Of a stretch of DNA of 64,000 bases, positions 48,174 to 58,331 are shown piece by piece. How positions within the stretch are numbered: the first letter of the stretch is position 1; each line of letters starts with the position of its first letter. Both the position numbers and the translations under genes were made by a program. Where the stretch lies: contig CAXRHT010000003.1 in the NCBI GenBank assembly GCA_964230645.1, forward strand, positions 320,001 to 384,000, in the 5' to 3' direction. Source of the stretch: Bdellovibrionales bacterium. GTDB lineage: Bacteria; Bdellovibrionota; Bdellovibrionia; Bdellovibrionales; JAGQZY01. Below the pieces are notes generated by a model that saw only the letters and a list, made by a program, of their open reading frames with translations, searched no databases and was not told where the DNA came from.

Positions 48174-49079
48174 ATGGCAAAAATTCAATTAGTGGAAATG
48201 GGATTAAGAGATGGACTTCAAAATGAAGCTGTTCACTTGTCCGTAAGTCAAAGATTTCAGCTGTTAAAGCGTCTCGATAGTTCTGGATTAAAGAGAATCG
48301 AGGTGGGTGCCTTTGTTTCGCCCAAGTGGGTTCCACAAATGGCCGATACATCAAAGCTTGTGAAAAAAGCTCTGCGCTCCATCGATCAAAAAAAGCTTAA
48401 TTCTTCACTAAGAATTTCTGCACTTGTTCCCAATATGAAAGGTTTTGAAAACGCTGAGGAGTCGGGAATAAAAGAGATTGCAGTGTTTGGAGCTGCGTCG
48501 GAAACCTTCTCCCAAAAAAATATTAACTGCACAGTAAATGAGAGTTTGGAAAAGTTCGCCGATGTGGTGGCTGCTGCTAAGAGTAAAAAAATTAAAACAA
48601 GAGCTTATCTTTCCACAGTTTTTGGTTGCCCCTATGAGGGTCATGTCCCTGAAAAAAAAGTTTTAACAGTTTTTGAAAAGCTCTTAGACTTAGGTGTCTA
48701 CGAAGTATCTCTAGGAGACACGATCGGTGTTGCTAGCCCCAAGCAAGTCCGAAGTATTTTAAGTAAAGTATTAAAAATAGCAGATAAAAAACAGGTGGCC
48801 ATGCACTTCCATGATACACGGGGAACGGCCATTGCCAATATTCTAGCGAGTCTCGATTTTGATATTACAACCTTTGATACCAGTATTGGTGGGTTGGGCG
48901 GGTGCCCCTACGCTCCGGGAGCGGCTGGAAACGTAGCCACCGAGGATGTTCTTTATATGCTCGATAAAATGGGGCTAAAAACAGGGGTTGATTTACAAAA
49001 GCTCGTCAAAACCACTCGCTGGATGAATAAGCAAGTGGGTCGGCAATTGCCTTCAAAGCTAAGTCTGGTCGGACGCTAA
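48174..49079 (+). CDS. liuE: Hydroxymethylglutaryl-CoA lyase
   Basis: RDGLQNE, SLGDTIG, HFHDT, GLGGCPYAPG. Confidence 0.95.
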   Translation: MAKIQLVEMGLRDGLQNEAVHLSVSQRFQLLKRLDSSGLKRIEVGAFVSPKWVPQMADTSKLVKKALRSIDQKKLNSSLRISALVPNMKGFENAEESGIKEIAVFGAASETFSQKNINCTVNESLEKFADVVAAAKSKKIKTRAYLSTVFGCPYEGHVPEKKVLTVFEKLLDLGVYEVSLGDTIGVASPKQVRSILSKVLKIADKKQVAMHFHDTRGTAIANILASLDFDITTFDTSIGGLGGCPYAPGAAGNVATEDVLYMLDKMGLKTGVDLQKLVKTTRWMNKQVGRQLPSKLSLVGR

Positions 49080-49082
49080 ACT

Positions 49083-49655
49083 TTATTGGCTTGAAGCCTG
49101 CTTTTTATTGGTTGAATTATTGGAGTTGGCTTCATCGTTTTCAGCTTTCTTCTTATCTACTTTTTTAGAGGAATCTTTGCCTTTCTTAGGCTCTTTTTCA
49201 GAGGCTTTTTTCGCAGAGGCTTGGTCTGATTCTTTTTCACCTTTCGATTCTTGGCCCGATTGCTGATCAGATCCTTTGCCCGCACCAGCTGTTGTGCCTT
49301 GAGCACCAACTTCGCCAGGCTTGAGTTCACGCTGATAAACTTCAGGTAAATCATCGGATGATGCATCCTCTTCCCCATCTCCTTTACCTGACCAACCAAT
49401 TTTATCTTCTTTGGTTTGGTAAGCCGTGGGGTTTGAGTCATTGTCACTGTCGATTGATTCGGCAGGGTTTGCGGTTTTATCATCATAGTTGGGTGCGATC
49501 GCTCGAACGCCCTCGTCAGCACGAGTTTCCATTTCACTCTGTCGAGCGAAATAACCAATACCACCCATGAGCAGCCCAAGAGCCACACAGCCTGTGATCG
49601 TGATGATAAAGATTTTAGCACCTTGTCCGAATATTTTATTTCTTTTTTCGCGCAT
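49083..49655 (-). CDS. Membrane-anchored low-complexity hypothetical protein
   Basis: GAGG SD, single TM, disordered charged tail. Confidence 0.6.
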   Translation of the reverse strand: MREKRNKIFGQGAKIFIITITGCVALGLLMGGIGYFARQSEMETRADEGVRAIAPNYDDKTANPAESIDSDNDSNPTAYQTKEDKIGWSGKGDGEEDASSDDLPEVYQRELKPGEVGAQGTTAGAGKGSDQQSGQESKGEKESDQASAKKASEKEPKKGKDSSKKVDKKKAENDEANSNNSTNKKQASSQ

Positions 49656-49877
49656 GAATTACCTCTCAGAACTTAAAGTAATGAATTGTGCTCAATCTTA
49701 GATCATTTAAGTGATTATTAAATGTGTATAAACTTACATAAGAAGGTTTGAGGTCCTGAGTTTTTGAATGGCTCCTGGCGGGTATCCAAATTTTACAAGA
49801 CCGAGGTCAAACTTTTACGGGCCCCAATCTGAGAAAGCCCCGGTTTTCAGTTTCTCTAAAAAAATACTCAACCAGAG

Positions 49878-50225
49878 TTATAAAGACTTGGGTTGGTTTT
49901 TCTCGTCTACCATGACGATGGTTTGGTTGAAATTCCTTGCCTCTTCGGTTTTCATTTGAGCATAAGAAACGATTATGACAATGTCACCTTTATGGACGTG
50001 ACGTGCAGCTGCACCATTGAGACAAATCTCCCCTTCGCCTCCTGGGATAACGTAAGTTGAAAAGCGTGCGCCATTGTTACAATTATAAATGTCCACCTTT
50101 TCGTTAACTAATAAGTCAGCCATCTCTATGAGGTTTTTATCAATCGTGATAGAGCCTTCATAATTGAGATCGGCATCGGTGACTGTTGCTCTGTGTATTT
50201 TTGATTTCATCATAGTACGTATCAT
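49878..50225 (-). CDS. panD: Aspartate 1-decarboxylase
   Basis: [18 protein letters not shown] (Gly-Ser cleavage site), NGAAAR. Confidence 0.97.
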   Translation of the reverse strand: MIRTMMKSKIHRATVTDADLNYEGSITIDKNLIEMADLLVNEKVDIYNCNNGARFSTYVIPGGEGEICLNGAAARHVHKGDIVIIVSYAQMKTEEARNFNQTIVMVDEKNQPKSL

Positions 50226-50236
50226 TTTCTACTTCC

Positions 50237-51013
50237 TTAACTGTTCATTTTTAGTGCTAGATAAAGTCCTTTGAGTGCAAGGTCGGGAACTAGGTGATGA
50301 AAAAGTTGTTCTTTTTCAAAAAGACTAGAAAACCCGCCTGTACCGATGAGTAGAGGAGTGTCCTCTTCAACCCACCCTCTTTCTGTTTTAATTTCATTGT
50401 AAATTCCCCGAACCATCTGCAGCTGGCCAAAATAAAGACCCGATTGAATACTCTCGGTAGTTGATTTACCGATCACCGATTCAGGTTTATTGATTTCTAC
50501 TGGGGGGAGTTTTGCGGTTTGAGTTTCAAGGGCCTGCATCGACATTCTCATTCCAGGCAAAATGGACCCTCCCAAATACTCTTTATCTTTAGAGACCACA
50601 CATATAGTGGTTGCCGTTCCAAAATCAACAATGACTTTATTGGTATCAGGAAACAGATGAGCGCTCGCTAAACTATTAGCGATTCGGTCAGCCCCCACCT
50701 CAAGTGGGTTACGGTATTTTATTTTCAATCCCGATTTGACTCCAGCCTGTAGAATAAAAGGAGTATTATTAAAATATTTTCTGCAGGCATTTTTCAGGGA
50801 ATGCAGAACATCGGGAACCACTGTGCAAATGGAAATATGACGGATGCGACTTGGGTCGATGTCATTTTCTCTTAAAACACTACGGAGAAAAAGACCATAT
50901 TCATCAGAAGAGCTTTTCGATGCCGATGTTTTTCGAAACTGCATTAAGAGTTGATCGTCTTTAAAAACGCCACCATGAATTTGGGTATTACCCACATCAA
51001 GACATAAGATCAT
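50237..51013 (-). CDS. coaX: Type III pantothenate kinase
   Basis: DVGNT, GADR, DFGTATT, TGG. Confidence 0.95.
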   Translation of the reverse strand: MILCLDVGNTQIHGGVFKDDQLLMQFRKTSASKSSSDEYGLFLRSVLRENDIDPSRIRHISICTVVPDVLHSLKNACRKYFNNTPFILQAGVKSGLKIKYRNPLEVGADRIANSLASAHLFPDTNKVIVDFGTATTICVVSKDKEYLGGSILPGMRMSMQALETQTAKLPPVEINKPESVIGKSTTESIQSGLYFGQLQMVRGIYNEIKTERGWVEEDTPLLIGTGGFSSLFEKEQLFHHLVPDLALKGLYLALKMNS

Positions 51014-52241
51014 GATCTACTTTCCTTTCATTACCATCGAGTAGGTCGCCAATATGCAGACCCAGAGCTTTTAGAGATTCCACAACATTTTGCTGTCCGT
51101 CTTTTGAGGTCATAAGAAACTTGCGTTCACCTTTATTAATATCGTTCATGTCATTGTGAATGACGTAATCCACGGCGTTTTCTGTAAAGAGACTGAAAAT
51201 TGCCCGAGCCTGTTCTTCTTTACTCTCAGTCGAAGTTAGCTTAAAGCCCACAACTTTGGTCTTCTCACCAAACAGATCCTTTAAGCGCGGAAGAATTTTT
51301 TCGTTTCTCTTTAGTCGAATGGAGATGTTGTTATACTGAGAACTCATTTTTTCTTGCCCCGGTTGCACTTCTCCGTCAGGTGTTTCTATATGGGCGATCG
51401 AATAATCACTAATCGCAGCCGCATGTAGAATCATATCGAACTGGTGAGTTTGAGAGAGCGCTTTGAGTGTATTGTAAATCTCTCGAAAGCTGTCGTAAGT
51501 ATCGACCCTCACCTCACTGTTTGGTTTTTTACCAAAAGTACTGGTGAGAAGAAGAACTTGGTGTCCTCGCTCGTGCAGATAGTCCGCTAGCGTAGCTCCC
51601 GTTTTACCAGTGCTCATATTGGTGAGTGTGCGAACTCCATCAATTGTTTCTCTCGTGCCGCCTGCAGTAATTAGGATCTTCTTTACTTTTTTCTCTGGCT
51701 GTTGGCTCAGGCTTTCTTTGATAATCGACAAAGCTTTTTCTGGATCGATTAAACGACCAGCACCCATTTCTCCACAGGCGAGAGTCCCTTTCTCCGTCGG
51801 TAGAATTTTGCAACCCAGTTTTTTTAGGCTTTTTAATGATTTTTTAGTAATGGGATTTTCGAGCATTCTTGTGTTCATAGCGGGGGCTATTAAAAAGGGC
51901 TTGTTAAAATCAAATGCCAAAAACATAGAATGGAGAAGCTCATGACCGACGCCGCAAGCTAAACTGTTAACGGTTTGAGCCGAAGCAGGGTACACCATAG
52001 CGAGATCACACCAGGTGCCCACTTTGATATGGGTCATGAACTGATCTTCGAGAAAGTCATCAGTGAGTACTTTGTTGCCACTTAAAGCTTGAAGGCTGGC
52101 TTTGCCGACAAACTTTTCACTGGTTTTGGTCATCAGAACCTTTACTTCGAAATTATTTTTTCGAAGAAGCGAGACAAGTTCGCAGGCTTTATAAGCCGCG
52201 ATGGAGCCAGACAGGCATAAGAGCAGTTTATTTTTCGACAT
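50997..52241 (-). CDS. coaBC: Bifunctional PPC decarboxylase/PPC synthetase
   Basis: GSIAAYKA, APAMN, LACGEMG; ITAGGTRETIDGVR, AAISDY. Confidence 0.92.
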   Translation of the reverse strand: MSKNKLLLCLSGSIAAYKACELVSLLRKNNFEVKVLMTKTSEKFVGKASLQALSGNKVLTDDFLEDQFMTHIKVGTWCDLAMVYPASAQTVNSLACGVGHELLHSMFLAFDFNKPFLIAPAMNTRMLENPITKKSLKSLKKLGCKILPTEKGTLACGEMGAGRLIDPEKALSIIKESLSQQPEKKVKKILITAGGTRETIDGVRTLTNMSTGKTGATLADYLHERGHQVLLLTSTFGKKPNSEVRVDTYDSFREIYNTLKALSQTHQFDMILHAAAISDYSIAHIETPDGEVQPGQEKMSSQYNNISIRLKRNEKILPRLKDLFGEKTKVVGFKLTSTESKEEQARAIFSLFTENAVDYVIHNDMNDINKGERKFLMTSKDGQQNVVESLKALGLHIGDLLDGNERKVDHDLMS

Positions 52242-52977
52242 TGTCTATTAACCTTATGTTTTCAATCTCTACGGCAGCAAAGCGGCGAGATCCAATTTCT
52301 TTGAGGTAATCGATTTTGATTCCCTCTTCTTGCAATTTTTCTTGGGCTTCGGTGAGTTCTCTTGATTGCTGGAGAATTTCTGCAAAGCGCTGGGCTTTTA
52401 ATAAACCTTTATTGCTAAGCCTTTTATTTCGAGAACTTAAGGCAAGCCCCTCTTTTGTTCTCACGATCGGGCAGGGAACAATCTCCACATCCAAGAAAAA
52501 AGCTTTCGCCATATCTTGAATGAGAGAGAGTTGTTGGTAATCCTTTTCGCCAAAATAAGCTTTGCTTGGCTGTACGAGATTAAAAAGTTTAAGAACAACA
52601 GTCAGTACTCCATCAAAGTGTCCAGCGCGAGAAGAGCCACAGAGAGTTTTGCTAAATTTGTCCTCTGAAACACGGTAGCGATAATTATCGGGATACATAT
52701 CGATAAACTCAGGGGCAAAAAGATAATCGACTTTCAGTTCTTCTAGTTTTTTAACATCATCCTTAAAGCTGGTTGGATATTTTTCGAGATCCTCTTTATT
52801 GTTAAATTGAGTGGCATTGAGGAAAATACTGACAATGGTTTTTTCGTTTTCCTGCAACGATTTCTTTATTAAAGAAAAATGGCCATCATGGAGAGCGCCC
52901 ATAGTCGGTACAAAGCCAATGGAGCCCAAGGGGCGCATTTGTTTTTTTAGTTCGATAGGGTCTGAGATATGAATCAC
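52228..52977 (-). CDS. panC: Pantoate--beta-alanine ligase
   Basis: VPTMGALHDGH, GHFDGV, FGEKDYQQ, LSSRN, RLIDN. Confidence 0.97.
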   Translation of the reverse strand: MIHISDPIELKKQMRPLGSIGFVPTMGALHDGHFSLIKKSLQENEKTIVSIFLNATQFNNKEDLEKYPTSFKDDVKKLEELKVDYLFAPEFIDMYPDNYRYRVSEDKFSKTLCGSSRAGHFDGVLTVVLKLFNLVQPSKAYFGEKDYQQLSLIQDMAKAFFLDVEIVPCPIVRTKEGLALSSRNKRLSNKGLLKAQRFAEILQQSRELTEAQEKLQEEGIKIDYLKEIGSRRFAAVEIENIRLIDNVEK

Positions 52978-53765
52978 TGAAAGCTCTCCTCTCTACTTGG
53001 AAAGGAGCCTTTTTCGACCGCTTCAGTGTATCCACCAATAGAATCCTTTAGCCACTTTTCACCCTGAGCGAACTGTCTAACAAAGCGTGGTTTGAATTGA
53101 GTATCCATTCCCAAGAGATCTTGTAAAACGAGAACCTGTCCGTCCACATCCTGTCCAGCACCAATGCCTATAGTAGGAATAGAAAGATCGTGAGTGATTT
53201 CGGTGGCTAGTGGAGAGGGTACACATTCTAGCACCAATGCGGAGGCTCCGGCTTTTTCCAAATCAAGAGAGTGCTTCAGAATCTTCTGATAATCTTCAGC
53301 TTTTTTACCTTGTACCTTGTAGCCTCCCAACTGATTCACATATTGAGGGGTAAGGCCGACATGACCCACCACCGGGACACCGGAGTCGACAAGGTAGCGC
53401 ACCCATTTTTCTTGCCCTGGTTGTGTTTCAATTTTTAAAGCTTGTGCGCCCGCCTTCATCAATGCGTCAGCTGCGTCCATCAAGTATTTTTTTCCTTTTC
53501 TGTGGGCGAGAAATGGAAGATCAGAAACAATCAGTTTTTCCGTCTTCGCACGGGCTACGGCCGCAGTGTGCAGGGTCATCATTTCTAAGGTGGCATGAAC
53601 AGTACTGTCGAAACCATGGACGACCATAGAAAGGCTGTCACCCACGAGAAGGCAGTCCACCTCAGTTTGTCCTAAAATCTTCGCTGTCCAATGGTCATAG
53701 CAGGTGACCATTTTAATTTTACTTTTGTTGTCCTTTAATTTCTTGAGATCAAGAACGCTTTTCAT
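52974..53765 (-). CDS. panB: 3-methyl-2-oxobutanoate hydroxymethyltransferase
   Basis: TCYD, LVGDSL, GHVGLTPQ, IGIGAG, DGQVLV. Confidence 0.97.
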   Translation of the reverse strand: MKSVLDLKKLKDNKSKIKMVTCYDHWTAKILGQTEVDCLLVGDSLSMVVHGFDSTVHATLEMMTLHTAAVARAKTEKLIVSDLPFLAHRKGKKYLMDAADALMKAGAQALKIETQPGQEKWVRYLVDSGVPVVGHVGLTPQYVNQLGGYKVQGKKAEDYQKILKHSLDLEKAGASALVLECVPSPLATEITHDLSIPTIGIGAGQDVDGQVLVLQDLLGMDTQFKPRFVRQFAQGEKWLKDSIGGYTEAVEKGSFPSREESFQ

Positions 53766-54480
53766 TATTTGTTCCTCGGTGCTCGGTGAGCTTTTCAAAC
53801 TCTTGATAAAGGTTCAATAGGGGACCTTCTTCGAGAGCCTTTTTATTGTTACGGATGGTTTTCTTATCGCCGCGATACCAAGGACCGGTGAGTCTTCCCT
53901 CTTTTTGATCGATGATATTTTTAGAGATTTGTCTAAGGTAAATGCTGAGAGCTTGGTGGGGGATGCCAAGCTCCTTAAAATAAGTTTCTAGTAAATCCCA
54001 TAATAATGTGGTGCCGTTGCCACTAAGAACACAAAGAGAATGATAGAGAGCCTTTTGTTCTTTCGGGATCTGAGTGTATCTATTTTTCATTCGAGGAAAA
54101 ATCTCACGAAACTTTTCCTCAGAGTGGGAGCCTACGAAGTGAACATTTTTATAGGTATTTAACGAATAAAGATCATCTCCGAAACTCATCAGCGGATGAA
54201 AGCCTAAAATCTTGGAGTGCTCAAAGGCTCCGGAAAAATGGATAAACTGATTGTTTGAGTTTTCGTATTTTAGATAAAAGTCTTTGATTTGATCGTCATT
54301 AATTAACAGCAAGACGTTGCGATGCCATTTTAATAGACGATGAAGTTGTGTTTGAGAATGGAGCTTACGGCACCAAATAGAATAGGGGATCGATAATCGA
54401 TCAAAATAGTGGCCCAAATGGCGCGCCACTTTTCCATCTCCAATAAGGAGATAATCTACAATTTGAGGTACCTGTCTCAT
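53749..54480 (-). CDS. Rossmann-like/DUF2520 protein, probable PanG-type ketopantoate reductase
   Basis: IGDGKVA, HFSGA, FHPLMSF, LYHSLCVLSGN, LTGPWYRGD; first gene of the pan operon. Confidence 0.78.
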   Translation of the reverse strand: MRQVPQIVDYLLIGDGKVARHLGHYFDRLSIPYSIWCRKLHSQTQLHRLLKWHRNVLLLINDDQIKDFYLKYENSNNQFIHFSGAFEHSKILGFHPLMSFGDDLYSLNTYKNVHFVGSHSEEKFREIFPRMKNRYTQIPKEQKALYHSLCVLSGNGTTLLWDLLETYFKELGIPHQALSIYLRQISKNIIDQKEGRLTGPWYRGDKKTIRNNKKALEEGPLLNLYQEFEKLTEHRGTNNEKRS

Positions 54481-54601
54481 GATCAAGTCCTTTTTCGGAC
54501 TCGAAATTTAGAGAGGGCCCCGAATTTGAGCAATGCGCGATGCGACAGAAAAGAGCTATCCCCCTGAAATTAGAGACTCGAGCCTTGAAAAAAAGGCTTA
54601 A

Positions 54602-55117
54602 ATGAAGAACAAGGGGGCTGTGAAAAAAGTGAATGTCCTTATAGTTTTAGCTCTAGTTTTTATAACCGGGGTCATGATTTTTCTCATGGTCCAAGGTGTC
54701 CATCTGAAGGAGCGCCGAATGGTCAAATGGTCATCCATTAGGTCGGTGGATGAGGGCACGGAGAAAATTGCTAACTTCTTTTTTCCAATTTTAAAAGAAA
54801 GAGATCTTATTTCTTTTGAAGGAGACTCAGAGGATCTCAGTGAGATACATGAGTCTTTTTTGAAGCGAGCTCAAGAGATCGCACCAAACACTAAAATAGT
54901 ATTAGAGCCTGAAACCTTGAGGACCAGCGCCTTCCGGATTCACGTTCGAGAACTTAATAATGACAAAGCAAAAAAGCAGTGCCAGCAAAATGAAAAAATT
55001 GGCTGTGTCATATTAAAAGCCATCAATAAGTTTCAAAAAGAGCCAAGAGACCCAAAGAAAAAATGGATCAGTCTGTATCGAATTAACGAAACAGAAGTTT
55101 TGTTTCTAGTTAAATAA
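54602..55117 (+). CDS. Hypothetical membrane-anchored protein
   Basis: N-terminal TM segment; 171-aa ORF. Confidence 0.55.
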   Translation: MKNKGAVKKVNVLIVLALVFITGVMIFLMVQGVHLKERRMVKWSSIRSVDEGTEKIANFFFPILKERDLISFEGDSEDLSEIHESFLKRAQEIAPNTKIVLEPETLRTSAFRIHVRELNNDKAKKQCQQNEKIGCVILKAINKFQKEPRDPKKKWISLYRINETEVLFLVK

Positions 55118-55145
55118 TATGCCAGTCAAATCAATGGATTTCCTT

Positions 55146-56540
55146 CTAGGACATATCCTCGATCATTAGTGAGAGAGCCTGTTCGTGCGCGAGAGGGCGG
55201 CGGTAGGAGCGAAAATAAGTTCGCGGCGAAATCGCTAAAAGGTCGGAAAGTTTTGGCATATAGATGTCGGCAAAACGATCCACCTGATTGGCAAAGTAGC
55301 TCTCTTCGTTACCGGCTCTCATAACTTCGCCCCATATCGGATTAAAGGCTGCCTGTGTTTCTTTTATGAGAGGAGCGATTTGATTGTCGATTTGAGTGAT
55401 AGCTGTTTGCGCTTTGGCAATTTCGGTGGAATGACTTGTGCCGTTTTCGATTTCCTCAGAAACCAGATCCACCAAGGTTTGTTCAAGAGGCACCTTTTGC
55501 AACATCAGAGTTCTGATTTTATCTTGAGAAGGCTTCACCTTCTGCATTTTTTGGATCTCTTCACCGAGTTCCTCAAGAACCAGAGCCGTTCTCCAGTTGC
55601 AGTCTTTTTTCAAGCGAACAATATCGCCATAAATGTGGTCACCAATATAAAGAATATCTTCACCACTAACTTTTAAACTTTTTTCAAGAAGATCAGCGCA
55701 GCCTCCTTGATAGACTCCCGGTTTCAGGTCGGCGTCGTAATTGGTCATAGTGCCGTTGTCAGGATTAACTTTTAGAAAGTTCAGTTTATCAAAGAAAAAT
55801 CGGGGTTTCCTAGCGCTGGTGATGGTGTAATCAAAAAGATCCATCCAGTTGTCATGCTCTTCCAAAAAGGGGTTTAGAGCATAGTCTAAAAGCGCTTTGG
55901 TGTAATGAAAGTCAGAGTTGGTGAGAATAAAAAGTTTTTTGCCATGTTTTTTATAGCGTTCAAGTCCAAGGGCCACTTCTGGTTCTTGGATGATGTAGTC
56001 TTTCATATTCTTGCGCACGATACCTTTTAAGGAATCATCGCGGTGGAGCAAGTCCATCACACCTACTAGATCTTTAAGCATATCCGGATACTCGGGGTAC
56101 ACATTGTTTTTCTCATCTTTGAGGTCCACGAGTTGAGCGTACAAAATAGCCACTGAAATAGAGAAAGCCGTGTCGATAGGAGAAAAGTCAGGAGAACCAA
56201 GATCTACGTAAGTACCGTGGTAATCTTTTTGCTGCTGATGAAAGGCGATTTTTTGAGTGCCGTGCAGAGAAGCTCGAATCGCTCCATGACGACTTACTTT
56301 TAAGAGATTACCTCTAGTGGAATCCACCACTAATCCACGAATCACAGAGTGGAAATCGATTTCCAATTTTAACACTTCATCGGGATACTCTTTTTCTTCG
56401 ACAAGTTTTTTTAACATCATTTTGTAGGCTAGAGACTCAAAGGCTACAGTATTGTAGCGGACCAGAGTGTGATCCATATCTAGGCCGATGTATTTGATCT
56501 TTCTTAAATTCAGGGTGCGGTTAACGAAGACATTAATCAT
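55146..56540 (-). CDS. HAD-IG family 5'-nucleotidase (cN-II-like)
   Basis: DMDHTL, LTNS, KPRFF, YIGDHIYGD. Confidence 0.92.
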   Translation of the reverse strand: MINVFVNRTLNLRKIKYIGLDMDHTLVRYNTVAFESLAYKMMLKKLVEEKEYPDEVLKLEIDFHSVIRGLVVDSTRGNLLKVSRHGAIRASLHGTQKIAFHQQQKDYHGTYVDLGSPDFSPIDTAFSISVAILYAQLVDLKDEKNNVYPEYPDMLKDLVGVMDLLHRDDSLKGIVRKNMKDYIIQEPEVALGLERYKKHGKKLFILTNSDFHYTKALLDYALNPFLEEHDNWMDLFDYTITSARKPRFFFDKLNFLKVNPDNGTMTNYDADLKPGVYQGGCADLLEKSLKVSGEDILYIGDHIYGDIVRLKKDCNWRTALVLEELGEEIQKMQKVKPSQDKIRTLMLQKVPLEQTLVDLVSEEIENGTSHSTEIAKAQTAITQIDNQIAPLIKETQAAFNPIWGEVMRAGNEESYFANQVDRFADIYMPKLSDLLAISPRTYFRSYRRPLAHEQALSLMIEDMS

Positions 56541-56911
56541 TAAGAACTTTTCCCCTCCACATTAAGGCCCATTTCATTCCAGGCCATCATGCCACCTTTC
56601 ATATTGTACACAGATTCAAAGCCATGATCTTTAGCAATGGCTGTGGCATTGGCCGAGCGACGACCACTGCGACAAACAAAAACCACTGTACGATCTTTGG
56701 GGATTTCATCTATGTGATCCATAAAGGTGTCAAGTGTAACAAGTTTTGAATTGGCAATATGCCCAAGCTCTCCTGTGTACTCCTCAGGAGTGCGTACATC
56801 AATGAGTTGAACTTTATCGATTTTCGCATTCACTTCGTCGGGAGAAACATCTTCGATCATATCCAACTCGGGATTGGTGTCTGCTGTTGAAAAAGTTGTG
56901 TAATCAGCCAT
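56540..56911 (-). CDS. Rhodanese-like protein
   Basis: IDVRTPEEY, GHI, CRSGRRS, GGMMAW. Confidence 0.92.
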   Translation of the reverse strand: MADYTTFSTADTNPELDMIEDVSPDEVNAKIDKVQLIDVRTPEEYTGELGHIANSKLVTLDTFMDHIDEIPKDRTVVFVCRSGRRSANATAIAKDHGFESVYNMKGGMMAWNEMGLNVEGKSS

Positions 56912-56996
56912 ATAAGCGCTCCTTATGAAATAACTCGATCTATCATTTTCAGTTAAGGCTTAGGGAAATGCAAAGAAAAGTGTTAGATTCTTCCCT

Positions 56997-58244
56997 ATGG
57001 AATTAACGCCTTGCCAAAGTCGAGCCATCGAGAGGCTACAAACTTCAAATAATATCTTTATCACAGGTGAGGCCGGTACGGGAAAAAGCTTTCTCATTCA
57101 TCGCTACTTGTTAAGATACTCTCCTAAGGCCACTTTGCTGGCCAGTACTGGAGCTGCGGCCGTTCTCATTGGGGGGCGCACTTTTCATAGTTTTTTCGGA
57201 TTGGGAATTTTAGAGGGCGGAAAAGCACGAACCATCGATAAGGCCATAAAAAATGGCAAACTTCTCAAGCGGCTTCGTGAGTGTCAGGAAATTATTATTG
57301 ACGAAGTTTCCATGCTTCCAGGAATTGTCCTCGACACCGCCGAAGAAATTTCTCGAATCGCTAGAGAGTCTGATGAACCGTGGGGAGGCATTCGTATTGT
57401 CGCCGTCGGAGATTTTGCTCAGCTTCCTCCTGTGAACCGCTCCGGGGGTCCAAGAGACTGGGCCTTTACTCATCCCGTGTGGCAGCGCTCAGATTTTGAA
57501 ACCTGTTGTCTTGTCACACCGGTTCGTTTTATTGACCAAGATTTTTATTCGGTTCTCAACTCCATTCGCATGGGGAAATTTGATAAAGACGCCACGGATA
57601 AACTGAATGATCGTATGAAGGGTGAAAAGCCTCAAGATGTCACCCATCTTTACCCCTGGAGAAATCGAGTGCGTGCCTTCAACCAAGACCGCCTTTCAAA
57701 ACTCGATACCTCTCTTGAAAAAATTAAGTCGGTTTACTCTGGTCAAGCTCGAGCGATCGAGAACTTAAAAAGGCAAGCCCCTGTTCCAGAAGTTTTGGAG
57801 CTTAAAGAAGGGGCTTACGTAATGATGCAACAAAATGACCCTCGCAATCGCTGGGTCAATGGAAGTTGCGGATGGGTTCGCGACATCGGTAAAGAAAAGC
57901 TCACCGTTGAGTTAGTGAATGGAAAAACCATAAAAGTAATGAAAGCGGCTTTTTCAATGGTGGATGCCGACGGCAATTTGCTGGCTGAAGTGGTGAACTT
58001 TCCCGTGCAACTGGCTTATGCCACTACGATCCATAAATCCCAGGGACAAACCTTGGACCGGGCCGTGATGCATCTAAAAGGTTTGTGGGAGCCTGGGCAA
58101 GCTTATGTGGCCTTGAGTCGCCTGCGTTCCTTAGAAGGTCTTTATTTGACCGACTGGGGTCGTGAGAGCTTTAAAGTCGATCCACAGGTTTTTGAATTCT
58201 ATCAAGAATTTCAAGGGGTTAGAGAGAAGCCCTTGGACTTGTAA
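56997..58244 (+). CDS. PIF1-family 5'-3' DNA helicase
   Basis: GEAGTGKS, TFHSFFG, DEVSM, GDFAQLPPV, AYATTIHKSQG, GQAYVALSR. Confidence 0.9.
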   Translation: MELTPCQSRAIERLQTSNNIFITGEAGTGKSFLIHRYLLRYSPKATLLASTGAAAVLIGGRTFHSFFGLGILEGGKARTIDKAIKNGKLLKRLRECQEIIIDEVSMLPGIVLDTAEEISRIARESDEPWGGIRIVAVGDFAQLPPVNRSGGPRDWAFTHPVWQRSDFETCCLVTPVRFIDQDFYSVLNSIRMGKFDKDATDKLNDRMKGEKPQDVTHLYPWRNRVRAFNQDRLSKLDTSLEKIKSVYSGQARAIENLKRQAPVPEVLELKEGAYVMMQQNDPRNRWVNGSCGWVRDIGKEKLTVELVNGKTIKVMKAAFSMVDADGNLLAEVVNFPVQLAYATTIHKSQGQTLDRAVMHLKGLWEPGQAYVALSRLRSLEGLYLTDWGRESFKVDPQVFEFYQEFQGVREKPLDL

Positions 58245-58331
58245 TCCCTTGTATTTGTCGTCAAATTGTGTGAAAAAGTGGTCAACAAACGTTGATTAAA
58301 CCCATAGATTCCCAAAAATACGGAGGTAATC

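Noticed and set aside
49157..49621. 154-aa alternative-frame ORF and the many antisense ORFs of 60-150 aa
   Set aside because: Shadows of well-supported genes, with no motifs or SDs.
54481..54601. Riboswitch or pan-motif leader before the pan operon
   Set aside because: No recognisable conserved aptamer or terminator in the short divergent gap.
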